NCBI RefSeq assembly: GCF_009914755.1
Contig: NC_060945.1
Length of the DNA: 64,000 nt
DNA from: the human T2T-CHM13v2.0 reference genome, Homo sapiens
Strand: one strand, 5' to 3'
How positions within the stretch are numbered: position 1 is the first letter of the stretch; each line of letters begins with the position of its first letter. Under the pieces are notes generated by a model. The model made no database searches. It had not been told where the DNA came from and worked only from the letters and a program-made list of their open reading frames with translations. Below are positions 1 through 15,841 of the stretch, one piece after another. The position numbers and the translations under genes were made by a program.

Positions 1-1824
1 TCCCTATGACACTAACAAGATTTCATCTCTCTGCCTAGGTTTACAAAGTTTTGACTATTACTTCAGGTAATAAATATCATAATATAGGTTCTTAGATGTG
101 AAATAAATTGAAATAAGTACAAAACTATACCTCTCTTTGGCACCTAATATAATCCAATTCATAGAAACGTCTGTGTTTTTCACCAAGTTAAGCAGAAAAA
201 TACTCAGACTATGCCTTCCCATGATTATACATCATACCTGAAACCTGAAAAAAATATTAGACAGTAATCCAGCTATTTCAAAGACTTGAATGTTTAGTTC
301 CTATACACAAGTTCCTACATATTCTAACATTTTTAATTTTCAAATATTTATCATGGTCCAAAAAAAGAAAAAACCATCAATCAGACCACGTGATGTGATG
401 GAGTAGCCACAGCACTCCATCTGATTAACCCTTCAGGCCATTGATTAATGCAACCAATCAAGTACCAGACCATTACATCTGATTAAGCACTCTCTGATTT
501 TACTGGCAATTTAAGAACTCCAGCTTAATGCTTAGGAGGGAATCTAACGCATTAAATCTCATATATCTTTTTTTTTTCCAGGAGGAAAACTTCATTTGGT
601 ATTCAGTCCACACTAGATAAATGGTGATCTATGGAGACTGAACTACTAAAGCAAATAGGCATGCAGACAATGAGTAAACAGAAGAGAAATGTCTTACAAA
701 CACATAGGGTTTTAACCAGCGACTTTAATGTTGGGTCAAGTGTCCTTTCCACGAGCTCCTTTGGAACACAAATGATAACAAAGTCAATAATAACTATTTG
801 TACAAAGTCTCCACTCCTTGCAATCTTGGGAAAGAAGTATTAACTTGAAAGAAGTAATAACTTTTGCACCAACATAATACGCCTTTCCCAGGATTACAAG
901 GAGTGGAGACTTTGTTACAGTAGTTATTATTGACTGTATTATTCAGTCTTCTTTTCAGATTTCTGCTCATCTCCTATGAATGTATCCCAGGAGTAGCATG
1001 AGGAACATGGGATTCTGTAGGAAACTGCCAGAGACCCAGGAAACGTGTGAACACAGGTGAAAGGAAAGAGAGGTGTGCCAAGGACTGAGGAAGAAGCAAA
1101 GAATCCTAACCCTGGATGTAGGAAACATCAACCCCTGGACATCAGAGATGGTCATACTCACAGAGAGTCTGTAATAACCTATGATACGTGAAAAAAAAGA
1201 AAAATGAGCTAGTTCACCAGCTGTCATAGATAGTGCAGAGAATCATCATACACTAAGTGAAATAAGTTTATGTATGGATAATTTTTATTGTAATGATGCA
1301 AAGTCTGTTGCCTTTGATTTTTAACATAAAAAACTTTTTCTAATAAACCTTCTATTCAATTCTTATAATAAGCTAAGGAAATGGGCAAGGTTGACCTTAT
1401 CCCATCTTACAAATGGGGAAACTGCATCTCAGTGAGTCTATATCATAAAAAAGATGGCTGGAGTTCAACACAGCTTTCTAATTTGCAATTCCATGGCTAT
1501 TTCACTATACAATTAAGTACTATGGAATTTTAGGTTCTTATTTTAATGCATTTTTAAAATATTAAAATAATAAATAATTCTTTGGGCTGCTTCCCCTAGA
1601 TGTTAATTTTAAGGAATTGTGTATTTTATTTTTAGTCTACTGTATAAAACCTAATATTCATTAAGTGAATATGAGAGAGAATAATTGAATGAATTAAAAT
1701 TGTAAAATATAAGACATATTACAGAATTATTTTAAACATATTTACATATGTATAAGCTGAACACTTTGTGAACCCCAATGCTAATATATCTTTTCCATAG
1801 TTATAAAAGAACATTCAATTTAAG

Positions 1825-2710
1825 AAGTGGGGCTGGGAAAATTGGTTATTCACATGCAAAAGAATGAAGTTGGATCCCTCCTCACTATATACAAATATTA
1901 ACTATAAATAGATCATCTTAAATATAAGAGCTAACATTATAAAACTCTTAGAAGAAAATATAGCAGTAATTTTTCACTTAGGCAAAGACTTCTTAGTTGT
2001 AATAATTAAAAGACAAGTGACAAAAGCAAAATAGATAAATTGGACATTATCAAATTAAAAACCTGTAGTTTTCAATGGACATGATCAAGACAACCCATGG
2101 AGTAGAAAAAACTGTTTGCAAATTCTACATCTTATGGAGGAGTTTATCTAGCATATATAAAGGACTTGCAATTCAATGATAAAAGACAAATAACCCAATT
2201 CAAATATAAGCACAGGATCTGAATGAACATTTCCTCAAAAAGGATGTACAAACAGCCAATAAACATAAGAAAATATGCTCAACATCATTAGCCATCAGAA
2301 AAATGTAAATTAAAATCCCAGTATCACTTCACACCCATTAGAATGACTATAATCATAAAGTCAGATAATAACTAGTGTTAATAATAATAAAGTGTTGGTG
2401 GAGAAATTGAGCCCTCATACACTGCAGGTTGGAATGTAAAATGGTGCAGGTGTTTTGAAAAACAGCCTGACAATTTTTCGAAATGTTAAACATAAAGTTA
2501 CCATTCAGCTCATAGGTATATAACCAAGAGAATGAAAACATACGTTCACTCAATAAGTTGTATATGAATGTAAGTAGTAGCATTATTTATATTAATCAGA
2601 AAAAATGAAAACAAACCAAATGTCTGTCAGCTGGTGAATGGGTATAAATGTGGTATATCCATACAACGGAATATTATGTAACAATAAAAAGAGAGAACGT
2701 ACTGATACAA
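1825..2710 (+). mobile_element. Old L1 (L1MB-like) ORF2 3' end and 3'UTR fragment
   Basis: Degenerate L1 motifs: cacatgcaaaagaatgaagttgga, ctcaacatcattagccatcag, aatgtaaaatggtgcag. Confidence 0.85.
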
Positions 2711-3591
2711 GAAAATGCAATTTTACTCCTACACAACTTCTGGTTACCAGGTAAACTGCTGTGAAATTCATTGCCTATCGACATTTGATGTTTTTGAGAG
2801 CCTTAAGAAAACCACTTCTTACATTTTAATGAGTCATTAAATGACTTTTCTTCTTTCACACACAAAATCTCCCATTTTAGTTTTTACTGTTTTCCAGTAT
2901 TTGAGCTTATGTGCCCAAAGTGTTTTTTTATCTAAACTCATAGAAATATAAGCTGTATTTCAAGAATGATCATTGCCAATGAGCCACAACAGAGGTAAAA
3001 ATATACTTTCTAAATTATCAGGAAGACTCCTACAGCTGATTTTATAAGGAACTCCCTAAAATACATACCAATAGCTTAAGAGATTTGTCAGTAAACAACA
3101 ATGTCATGTGACAGCAATTAATCAACACAATAGTAACGCCTTGTTTGCTCCTGTGTTCAACTGTCAAAGGAGGCCATTTCATCTGGACTATTAAAACTCC
3201 TAAATGTGGCCTGGTTTATCAATGGTAAAGTGAATCAGGGAGTTTTTGACGAATACAAATAGAAAAAAAAATCCTGTAATGTGAATTTAAATGCATGTAC
3301 TTAGAGGCTGTAATATATAAACTACAGCATACAGATAGGGGTTGGAAAGCCATAGTTTGATGGTACAAGAGCAAATGCTTAAATGATGACTGTATAAAAA
3401 TGCTGGAAACTCCCCCAGAGGCAAAGAGTAAACTGGAATGTCATATTGCCTGCCACTGTACACAAGAGATGAAGGGACCAGAAAATAAACACAGGCTTCT
3501 TGAAATTCATCACAGGATATACTAGTAAAGGCATAAAAACTGGAAGTCAAAAGTCAGCAGCAAGATAATAAGCATTTTGGAAATAGGGTGT

Positions 3592-3775
3592 TCAGTAGAG
3601 AGGGTAACCATAGCCAGAGTTGTATTACAGCCATAGCTTGAGCTGTAGTCACCACCACTTATATGGAGCCTTAATTACAGCCCAGTCCTGGGTAGCTTTT
3701 GCTACCCACATCATAGCCATAGCCAAGGCCACATCCACAGTTCCCATACGAGTTTGTGTCATAATTGGAATACAT
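3592..3775 (-). pseudogene. HGT-KAP pseudogene relic (family uncertain; truncated 34-aa ORF at 3671-3775)
   Basis: GACACCATG start, then MYSNYDTNSYGNCGCGLGYGYDVGSKSYPGLGCN*, then broken frames GGDYSSSYGCN/SGYGYPLY*. The terminal CTCTCTACTGA is identical to the end of the KRTAP8-1 CDS. Confidence 0.75.
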
Positions 3776-4416
3776 GGTGTCAGCATGTAAGGTTTCAGTT
3801 GCATTGTAAAGGAAGATTGATAGTCTATTCAGAGCACCATGCCAAGACCTGCACTTCACCTGCCAGGAACAGGCAGGCCATGTGTCATACAGACTCTGCC
3901 TCCTCCATGCCTCCAACAGTTTGTGGAGCAGCCTTTCATTATTTTGTGGTGTCCTCTTAGAAAAGATTTGGTCAAAGCAGTTAAGAAAGTGTTTAATTGA
4001 TCTGCTAACTTGGCTTTCCCCAACTAAATTTTCAGTCTAATATAAGTCATTTTTGATGAACATACTTGTCAGATTTTATTATCCATAACTAGCAGCATGA
4101 CACCTACTGTGAAGGTGAAGGTCTCAGGTGAGCACCTGTCCACATGAGAGCTGCTATAACGAACCCTTTTGCCTCTCTTATTATCCTGTTATTTTACCTA
4201 AGACCATAACCTCAACTTCTTCCTCATTGCAATTTAACGCATTACATCGGCCAGGAAGCTATATTCCCATTAACACATAAAGCCACAGAGGCAGAATTAT
4301 GTCTGTGTCTACCCGCATTCAAAACAAGACATAATTGGTGATTAGGCCACCTCTGCTACCAAATTCATAGTTAATTCATGAGAAGAGTTAACCCGTGTAT
4401 TAAAATCTATGTTCTA

Positions 4417-4670
4417 GACTAGGTGTGGTGGCTCACACAGGTAATCTCAACACTTTGGGAGGCCAAGGAAGGGATTGCTTCAGCCCCAGAGTTCGAGACC
4501 AGCATGGGCAACATAGGGAGACACTATCTCTACAAAAAATTTGAAACTTAAACAGACGCAGTAGAGGTGAAAGGATTGCCTGAGCCTAGGAGTGTGAGGT
4601 TACAGTAAGCTATGATCATGCCACTGGACTTTAGCCTGGGTAACAAAACAAGAATCTGTCTCTAAAAAAA
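4417..4670 (+). mobile_element. AluJ-like, internally deleted
   Basis: Both Alu arms present with an A-tail; right-arm start is missing. Confidence 0.85.
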
Positions 4671-5109
4671 ATTTTTTTTAATTAAAAAGAAAACTAAAGC
4701 AAATTATTTTTACCTTTGTAATATCTCACCTGCCTAACTTGTTGGCTGTTAATAATATTTTGATAATTTATCCATCCTTCATGTGATTTTTAGTATATTT
4801 CTATTATTCAAAATTCACAATCTAGTAAAATACGTTTCATACTTTTCAATGTATTCTCCAAATCCCTTCCCTTCATTCCTTTTCTCCTTTTCTATGGCCA
4901 ATCATCAACCATCTTTTGGCAACTGACCCAAATACAGCCATACCCAAATGAAGAAATAACATAAATCATAAATATAATACATTTTAAAAGTGTTGTTTTA
5001 CTGAGAGGCAGTGTAATCACAGTGCAGTCCCAGGTAAAAGCATACTGCCACCCCTTACTACCAAGTGTATTCCAATTTGGATAATAAATTGTATCAATGA
5101 CCTATAATC

Positions 5110-5300
5110 AATGACTCAAGGGCCAGCCTGCCTTGCCAGGTTCAAATACTAGCTTTGTCATTTACCATTTGTGAAATCTGGACAAGTTTTACCTCTCTGA
5201 CCCTCAGTTGCCTCATTTGCTATTAGGGATACTAAGTTAAGTACTAAGGATTAAATTAGTATATGAAAAGCATTGAGAACAGTGTCTGAAAATGACAATT
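5110..5300 (+). mobile_element. MIR
   Basis: MIR core ggttcaaat...acctctctgaccctcagttgcctcatt. Confidence 0.65.
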
Positions 5301-7879
5301 ATTATTACATTATTAAATGTAAGCTGTGGTTATTATTGTATATATTAAAACCAATTACATTCACAGAGAGAGAGAAGAACAACATGCCCTATGGCCTATG
5401 GCACTTCAGAAATAAAACAAATATGACACAGAAAACCAACTAACACAGTATTATTTGATTATATATAGCGTTAAGGATGGAAAATGTTAATAGGGACCTT
5501 TGGGATTGTGAAACTTTTAGGAGGAAATAGTTATTAGCTTTGCTACATATTACCTGAGGCAAAATGTATGCTAATAGCCCATTGAAATGTTAATATTTAG
5601 ATGTGAATATTAGTTTTAGTTTAACAGTCATGGAATACAAATAGGATGCATTTAGAAAATTCTGGGGATAAGATAGATATAAACAAGTTACTATTAATAA
5701 GAATAAGGTAATTTTCACTAAGTACTTTATATATTATTTTTGAAAAGAAAAAGTAGAATACTAAAAAATACTTTTCCCCAGGTTTATGAAAGCATTGTGG
5801 AAAGTGAAAAATAAAATTAATTCACTTTCCAGGATCTTTCTTTACAGAATGGCTTGATAGGCTGCCTACTAATGTTTCTAGAATCTTAAATATGGGAAGT
5901 AAAATGATTTTTTAGTAAATCATGTATTATATTTTAGATAGGTTTACCTAGTTCTATTAGCATTCACATAATTTTTCCTTTCCGTAATGGAAATAAGTGA
6001 TCAGTAGAATCTGTATTTGAGTAATTAATTATAAAAGCAATGGTAGATTTGAAATGATTAATCTTTATTTTTCCCCCTTAGAAATGGCAACATGTAGATT
6101 AAAGGTGGTTAACCTGGATTAGAAGACAAGTCATGGTCATAGAAGACATTACACTCAAGTCCCCCAAATCATGGGGCACACGCCCACAACCTCAGCATTA
6201 TTGAGAGAGCCACAGACAAGCATCACTAATTGGACCAGATGATTTTTACATCCCGTACTGCTCCAAAATTCTGAGTTCTCTCCAGCAGATATTTCAATTA
6301 GGCCAAAAAAAAAATACAGCAAAGTAAAAATGGTCACAATCATTTTATCAGAAAGTTCAGAAAATTCCAAAAAACTCCTAAGTTGATTTGCAGGTACCAA
6401 GTGAAAAAAGAAGAAACTTTCTACTTCCAGGTAGTATACAGATGATTAAGAAAGATCTTCCCTCCCATAACAACCACAAAATCTTGGACAAAAAAAAAAA
6501 TCACACTTCTCCATGGGCCTAATAAAGAACAGTAGATGATGTAAAGAATCCTAGTTGAACCGAATTCGAGAAAGAAATAAACCTTAAAAGAGGAAGCCAT
6601 GGGAGCTTTTATTGCTGAAGGCAGATGTCCACTTTGGATACAGGCAGATCAAATATAAAGAGAGAATTTAAGAATAATTATTACATATTTCAAATATGAA
6701 AAAGAAGCCAGTCTCTTTCACTACTTTCGCTCTTTTGAGAGTCTGATTTCACCTCAACTCCTCAACGTCCTTGTGTTCTGATTTCCGTGGCTAAAGCCAG
6801 CTTAACACCTCCGAATGGGTACTGTTAAGCTACAAGGGAAGAAAACACATTCCAATTCAATCATCCAACACATGAACATCACAATCTCTTTTATTCAGAG
6901 CCAGTACTACCTTCTTTTAATCTACAGCTGACATCACTATGATACTTTGCTCTAGAGGCTGTAACTGACAACATATAAAATGTAATAGCAGCCAGGTAGA
7001 GCATTACAGTTCTTGAAATGAAAGGAGATTTGCCATAATAGAAATTCAATTGCCATATGCTGCATCAGCTATAAGTAGCATGTTGGAACACAGCATGCTG
7101 TGTTTCAAAACACACCTTATCTTAACACTCAACACCTGAGGCAAAGGCGCATTCAAAATGTATGTCTTTGCAGAGAGACAAGTAATAAAACAGCATCTTA
7201 CATTTTATAGTGTTTTACAGTTTGCAAAGTGTTTTCATGTATATAATCTAGTATGGCAATAAAAAATTATGAATTCTGTCTTACAGAAAAGAAAACCAAG
7301 GTTTAGAGACACTAAATTACTTGCAGATGGTTACTGAAATTGTAAATAGAGGGACAAATTGCGCTAAAGTTTCCTTGTTCTAAATATAGGGCTCTTTCTA
7401 CAGTCGCACAAGACCACATTCTTTCAAATAGTTAATATCATAGAAAAGACATGCTGAATTATATAATCAAAACTTCTGGTTTTTCATTATGGCTGTATAG
7501 TAACCACATGCATCAATAAACTCAAGTATACATTCATTCGTGCAATAAATATTAATTGAATATCTTTCATGGGTTAAGTCCTGGGAATGTAAAATAGTCC
7601 TTGCCCTCAAGAATCATGCATTTGACAATAAACATGTAAGTAATCAATTCCAAGATACTGTAACAAGGAGAACACAGAGACTGGCACTAAGGGAAGCTTG
7701 AAGTTTCTAGGAAGTTCCAAGAGGATGAGTAAAACTTCATGAGACAAAGAATCAAGGAAAATATTCCAAGGAGAAAGAAAAAGGGTATGAGGGTGAAAAT
7801 ACGGAAAGGCATGATAGAGTTAGGGTGCAGCAGGTATTTTGACACCAAGTGCCCGGAATTCTGTCTTTGGACGACTTTG

Positions 7880-9190
7880 CCTTTCTGTCTGCATTCACTT
7901 AGTGATATCATCTGGTCTCATGAATTTAAGTACTTATATATGTTGCTGGCAACTACCAAATTTGTAACTCTGGCCCAGGTGCCTTCCAAGACTCATGTCC
8001 ATCTGCCTGATCGACATCTCCAGTTGGATTCTTGATGAGCATCTCGAACATAAAAGCTTCAAAATTGATCTCCTCATTTTGCCCCTCAGATGCACTTTTT
8101 TTTTCTTTTTTTGAGACAGTGTCTCATTTTGTCACCCAGGCTGGAGTGCAGCGGCTCACTGCAACTTCCACCTCCCAGGTTCAAATGATTTTCCTGCCTC
8201 AGCCTCCCGAATAGCTGGGACTACAGACATGCACCACCATGCCTGGCTAATTTTTGTATTTTTAGTAGAGACAGGGATTTCACCAGTTAGCCAGGCTGGT
8301 CTCGAACTCCAGACCTCAGGTGATCCGCCCGCCTCGGCCTCCCAACGTGCTGGGTTTACAGGCCTGAGCTACAGCACCTGGCCCACAGATGCACGTCTTT
8401 TGCAGTTTGTTTTACTTCCATTTAAGACTGTCCTATCTTTTCTGTCATTCAGCCTAAATCTTGGAATCACCCTTAACACTTCACTTATGTTTATACCTCA
8501 CACCCTATCATTCAGCAAAACTAGTAAACTCTACCTTTGAAATAGCTCATCATTTTGATTGCCATCACCAGCAGCTAATTGCAAATGGCTTTTAGCTGGC
8601 CTTTCTGCTTCTACTCTTGTCCATTCCTGCTCCCCAGCAGGATAATATCAACATACTACCCAGAGAGAGCTTGTTAAGACAGAAGCCAGACTGTGTCACT
8701 CCTCTGCTCCAGACCCTGCAAAAGAATCTCATCTAGAATAAAAGCTAAAACTTTTAACTTAGGTTCTCTGACCTCATCTCCTGCCACCTACTTATCCACC
8801 ACCTTCCCTGCCTGCTAGCCACACTGCATCTTTCTTCTTCTATACAAAATAGAGTCCAGCCATTGCACTCGCTGTTCACTCTGCCCCCAATGTTTTCCCC
8901 TGATAAACATAAGTCACACTTTATCCTCCTTCAAGGTTCGCTTCAGTGCCGTATTCTCAAAGAGAACTTCATTGATCATCTTATTTAAATTTTAGCACCC
9001 TTCCTGGTGCTCCCTATCACACTTCGTTTCTTTTTCTCCAAAGCCCTTTTCATCATTAGACATTAAATTTATTATTTGTTTAAGCTCTCCAAAGCTAAAT
9101 GTAAATTCCAAACATGCTGTGATTTTTGTCTAGAATAGTAATCAGCAGAGAGTACATTCTTGAAACTTATTTGTTAAATGAATGAATTTA
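7880..9190 (+). mobile_element. L2 3' fragment interrupted by an Alu
   Basis: L2-type text ending in ttgttaaatgaatgaat. Confidence 0.65.
8096..8383 (-). mobile_element. AluS
   Basis: Alu consensus; TSD cagatgcac at 8087-8095 and 8386-8394. Confidence 0.92.
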
Positions 9191-9355
9191 GTTGGTCAAC
9201 GTGGTGTACGGCAAAGTTTCACAAGGGATGAAATGTGAAAGCTAAGCCATATTCACAAAATGATGTGATTTACATATGGGGTGTTCATCCTTCCTGGTTT
9301 ACCAGAGACAGTTTCTGTTGTTCTCTTGTAAGTACTCAATTAATAGAGTTTCCAC

Positions 9356-9647
<292 letters not shown>

Positions 9648-10430
9648 CTATGTATATGGTATGCTAGGAAATTTGGACTCTTTCTCACAAGCAGTGGGAA
9701 GCCATCAGAAGCACAGGTGAATGGCATAAGTGAGTACGTGTTTTGAAAAGATAATTCTGTATCAACAAAACCAATGAAACTGAATGGAGAGGGATTGGTG
9801 ATTGGGAAAATGGTTAGAAAGCCAATAAATAACTTGTACGGTGGAGAGTATTCCAAACTATGTGACAGACAGTGAACATTGAGATGAAGTGGACATTTTG
9901 AGATGGACAAATGGAAAAACTGTCAGCAGAATTTGGGAATTAATACCATTAAGGAGATATCATAGGTCAAGGCTGGTTGTACGATTTTTAGCCCGAGTGA
10001 TGGTGCAGATCAGGAAGTTGTTTATCCAAAGTCATGGACACAAGAAAATGATCAAGATTGAGAAAGAAAATGTTAAACCCAGCTGAGATATAAGTTTGAG
10101 GCATATCTGTGTACACTTAGAAGACAGTTCAGCAAATAAAGAAGCAAAACAATCTGAATAGAGAAAATAAATTTAATGTCAGAAAAGAGAGATTTAGGAC
10201 TTATCAGTGCATATTTGAGAGTTTAAAACATCTTGGTCTATGTCCTATTGCATACATTAAGTGATTTTAATGAAGACAAAAAAACTTGCACATTTACATT
10301 CAGTTAATCACTATTATATACTGGAGGTAAGATACTGTTATGCATTTTTGGGACATTTATCCAGCCTCATATGAGTAATATCTTCAACAGTCTTTTCCAA
10401 ATGAATATTGGATACTGCCAATCCATTTTA

Positions 10431-12117
10431 AAACTCTGTTTAAATACCTTTTACTTGTATATGTTTAAGGTGTAAAACTTGATGATTATACACACACACT
10501 TTGAAATAATTACTACAAGCAAGTTATTTAACATATATATTACCTTGCCTAGTTATTTGGTGGGGCTGGCACCTAAGAAGACTTAGAATTGCCCTCAATA
10601 AATTTCAAGTATATAGGACAGTGTTGTTACCTGTGATAAGCATTAGATCTCCAGAACTCATTTATCTTACTATCTTACATAACTGAGACTTTGTACCCCG
10701 TTCACTAACATCCTTCCATATACCTCTTCCCTCTCGCCTGGTAACACCTTTCTACTCTCTGCTTCTATGAGTTTAACTATTTTTGATTCCACATATAAAT
10801 GAGATTATGCAGTATTCCTTTTTGTGCCTGGATTATTTCTTTTAGGAAAATGTCCTCTAGGTCCATTCATGTTCTCATGAGTGGAAGGGTCTCCTTTTTC
10901 AGCTAAATACTATTCCATTTTATGCATATACTGCATTTTCTGTATCTCTTTATCTGTAGATGGATATGTAGCTTGTTTCTGTATTTTGACTATGGTGAAT
11001 AATGCTGCAATGACATTGGAGTGTAAATGTCCTTTGGGATTCTGATTTCAATTCCTTTGGATTCATACCCAGAAGTAGGATTTCTGAGTTGCATGGTAGC
11101 TCTGTTTTTAATTTTTTTAGAAACTTCCATAGTATTTTCCATAATGGCAGTACCAATCTGCATCCCCATCAACAGTGTAAAAGGGTTCCCTTTTCTTCAT
11201 ATTTTTGCCAATGCTTGTTATCTTTCAATTTTTCAAATATAGTCCTCCTAACAGGTGTAAGGCGATATCTAATTATGGTTTTAATTTGTTATTTTCCTGA
11301 AGATTAATAAAGTTGAGTATTTTGTCATATACCTGTCGGTCATCTGTGTGTCTTCTTTGGAAAAATAGCCATTCAGGTCCTTTGCACATTTTGTAATCAA
11401 GTTATTTGATACTTTTTGCTATTAAGTTGTAAGAGTTCCCTATTATATATTTTTAATATTAACACCTTATCAGATATTTGATTTATAAATATTTTCTCTC
11501 ATTTCATAGGTTACTTTTTACCTTGTTGGTTGCTTCCTTTGCTATGCAGAAGCTTTTAAATTTGATGTAGCCCCACTTATTTATTTTTGCTTTTGTTGCC
11601 TGTGTTTTTGGTGTCATATCCTCAAATCTGCTGTCAAGACCAATGTCAAGAAGATTTTCCCCTATGTTTTATTCTAGGAGTTTTACAGTTTCAGGTTTTA
11701 CATTTAAGTCTTTAAACCATTTTTAGTAGATTTTTTATATGATGTAAGATAAGGGTCCAGTTTCATTATTTTGCATGTGGTTATCCAGTTTCCCCAACAA
11801 CATTTATTAAAGAGACTATCTTTTCCCTACCATGTATTCTTGGGACGCTTGTTGAACATTAGTTGACCGTATATGAATGGGCTTATTTCTAGACTCTCTT
11901 TTGTAACGTTGGTATATGTGTCTGCGGGTAAAGGGAAACTGTTCCTGCTTCCCCTCTTTGATGCACCTATCCTTGGATTTTTCTGGAATCTCTCCATCTC
12001 TCCACTGAACTCCTTGGTTCCCAGGGAAGTATTCCTGCCCAAGCATGGTTGTGAAAATTGTTGTTTCTGTGGAGGGTTGAGGGATGGAATCTCTTACTCT
12101 ACCATCTTGCTTACATC
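10431..12117 (-). mobile_element. Old L1MA-type element, with a 5'UTR-like segment joined directly to the ORF2 3' end
   Basis: 3'UTR and ORF2 C-terminus at about 10450-11920 (ORF track KLKTELP...LLGMNPKE). 5'UTR-like CAAGATGG segment at 11925-12117. Confidence 0.75.
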
Positions 12118-12659
12118 CTGCCAATGCATATTTTATTTGGGCACAAATTCTCCTTCTTGAAGACATTTGATTATTCTTTTTTAGCTCATTTGGTTCATCC
12201 TTAACATGTTTGTATTAGATTTAAATTAGCATAATGGCATATAGTAAAATCTACTGTAAAAAAAAGTAAGCAATATTGCTTACAGAGTCACTAAACTGAA
12301 CACCTGCAAAACTAAGTAAATATTCACTGCCAATCCATGTTAGTGAGAAGCTAAGTACTTTTCTGCTAGCTCTGACAAAGTACCGTACTGGAGATTATGC
12401 ACTGCCACCAAGTTATTAAGCTTCTCTTCCTCTCTAACAGAACCTAAGGAAAAAGCCTTTCCTCTCCAACTTCCGACTTGAAGATGTGGTCACTGGCATT
12501 GATGCCCTTGTGCTGAAGTGATCTCATAAATTGAAACTTAAGATGATGCTTTCTGAATGTTTTTAGAGATGAACTTAACATTTCTGTCCTCACGTTTATA
12601 TTAAATTAATTCATAACATCTTTGTTATTTTAAAATATAGGTTTTGTTACTATTTAGAG

Positions 12660-13470
<811 letters not shown>

Positions 13471-14799
13471 TACATTTACATGTACTTGTTGCTTCATTCA
13501 ATTACTAACAAAAATTTGTCTTTCAACATTGAGTGGTGATGGAGCAACATTCTTGACTTTCAAGGTAAATTATTTATAAAGCATCTATACCTCAGTTTCA
13601 TTGCATGCACACTAAACTGAGCATCTCCTCTAGAAGAAAATGACAGGAAGCAGATATAATGAAAGAAATACATCCATGAATTTGGTTACTTTAGTAGCAG
13701 ATTCCAGCAAGTGAATTAAAAATCTGCAAGCAATCGGATATCCTGTTATGTTGGTATTATCTACAAAGCGCAATATTAATATTTTAAAGCACCATTTAAC
13801 ATGTTATAAATGTTATATATTATAAATGCTATATGCATAAACGCACTTACATTTAAAAATGCTCCATCTTATTTGGAGCATCTTAGATAAGCACATAGCA
13901 AAGAATCTCCAAAATTCTCTTTATGTCATATCGTTTGTTCTTGGCCAAAGAATAAAATGATTTTTAATTAGCTCGCTATTTCTCTGATTATGGACAATAA
14001 TTCTGTTATTCTACTAGTGCTGTAATTATGCCCTGAACACAAAACTGAAGAATGAGAAGAGAAATCATAATGCACATAATTACCAAATGACTCATGGCCT
14101 CCATCATCTTTCCTCCATTGTCACTTGCAATTGCAATCACTTTTCCTTGCTGAGTTTCCTTTCTGCAAATATATGTTGCCACCAGATTCACAATGTTGCT
14201 CATCATGTGAGTTGTAGAGATTTATCAGCAAAGGAGTAAATAAAATCATGATAAGTTTCATCATTAACTCAGCATTTTATCAAATTAAAAAAAATTTTAT
14301 TGTTTCTGTATGTATGCAATATACACTGTTCCTAATGTACACAATACAGGAATAGCATATTTAGTTATATTGTTAATCCTTTGGCAAACAGAATATAATT
14401 CAGGAAAAAAAATTTAAGTAAAATTAAAATATAAATATACTCTAGAAGAAAATCTGTGCTTCAGGGTCATACCTAAGGAAATCTCCTGAGAGCTTGTTGG
14501 AAAAGAGGAATCTCAGGCTCCAGTCCAGATCCAGTGAATCCAATTTGGTTTTTAACAAAAACCTGATTTGAACATAATTTGAATCCACCTTAAAGTTCGT
14601 GAAACATTGATTTAGATAGCATAAGCTCTCCTAATAGTTGGATCACTCCTCAATGTAGGCATCTCTTTAAATACGTATCTGTTCTTAATAATTTTAATTC
14701 AAAAATCACAGTTGTCACTAATTACTGTGGCATATTTCTCTTATGATCATGAATACTCCAATTAGCAGATTAGCATTTCAATATATAAAAGCATGAACA

Positions 14800-15138
<339 letters not shown>

Positions 15139-15841
15139 TTATATTTGAAAGTGAATGTTCAGATAATAACTATAAATTGTAACAACATTCTTTGTAAAAC
15201 TGACATTGTCACACTGCTTGGAACCATCATATGACCAGGAATAATGAAAAGATCAGAGATATCAAGAATAAGATTGGAGTTGACATGAGGTCCTTCAGAA
15301 TTCCAGAAGCTGAAGCCAAAGTAAATGTTAAATTTATTCTGTGTATACCTAGTCAATACATTATCTTCCTTTTTCTGTTAATTTTTATCATAAAACAGAG
15401 CATCTGCTTATGTAAGAGTGCAGAATAACATGTTCCCAAAGTACAATCTAGAAAACGCTGCAGCTTTCGGCCAGGAAGAATTCCGTCATCCAGATACAGA
15501 TATGTCCTTTTTTTTCTGTGAAATTCGTAAGTATAAACTTAACAATGATTCACCATTAAATAAAATTACGAATCTATGGCCATTCTCATAATTGTTTCTG
15601 CCTATTAGTCATACCTCTCTAGGGCATTATGAGATGCCCAAAAATAAATGGGTTTATTCGAATATATTTTGTTCAAAACTACTGGTAAAAACAACCTTAA
15701 ACTACATAGTTGCCAATTTTATGGGGAGTAGGGTGGTGCCTGTTTTGTCTAATTCTGTCTCCTTGAGCAGGGTCTAAATTAGAGGGTAATAGGACTACTT
15801 AATAGTCAATTGATGAGTCTCAACAAAGTTTTTTTTGGCAT

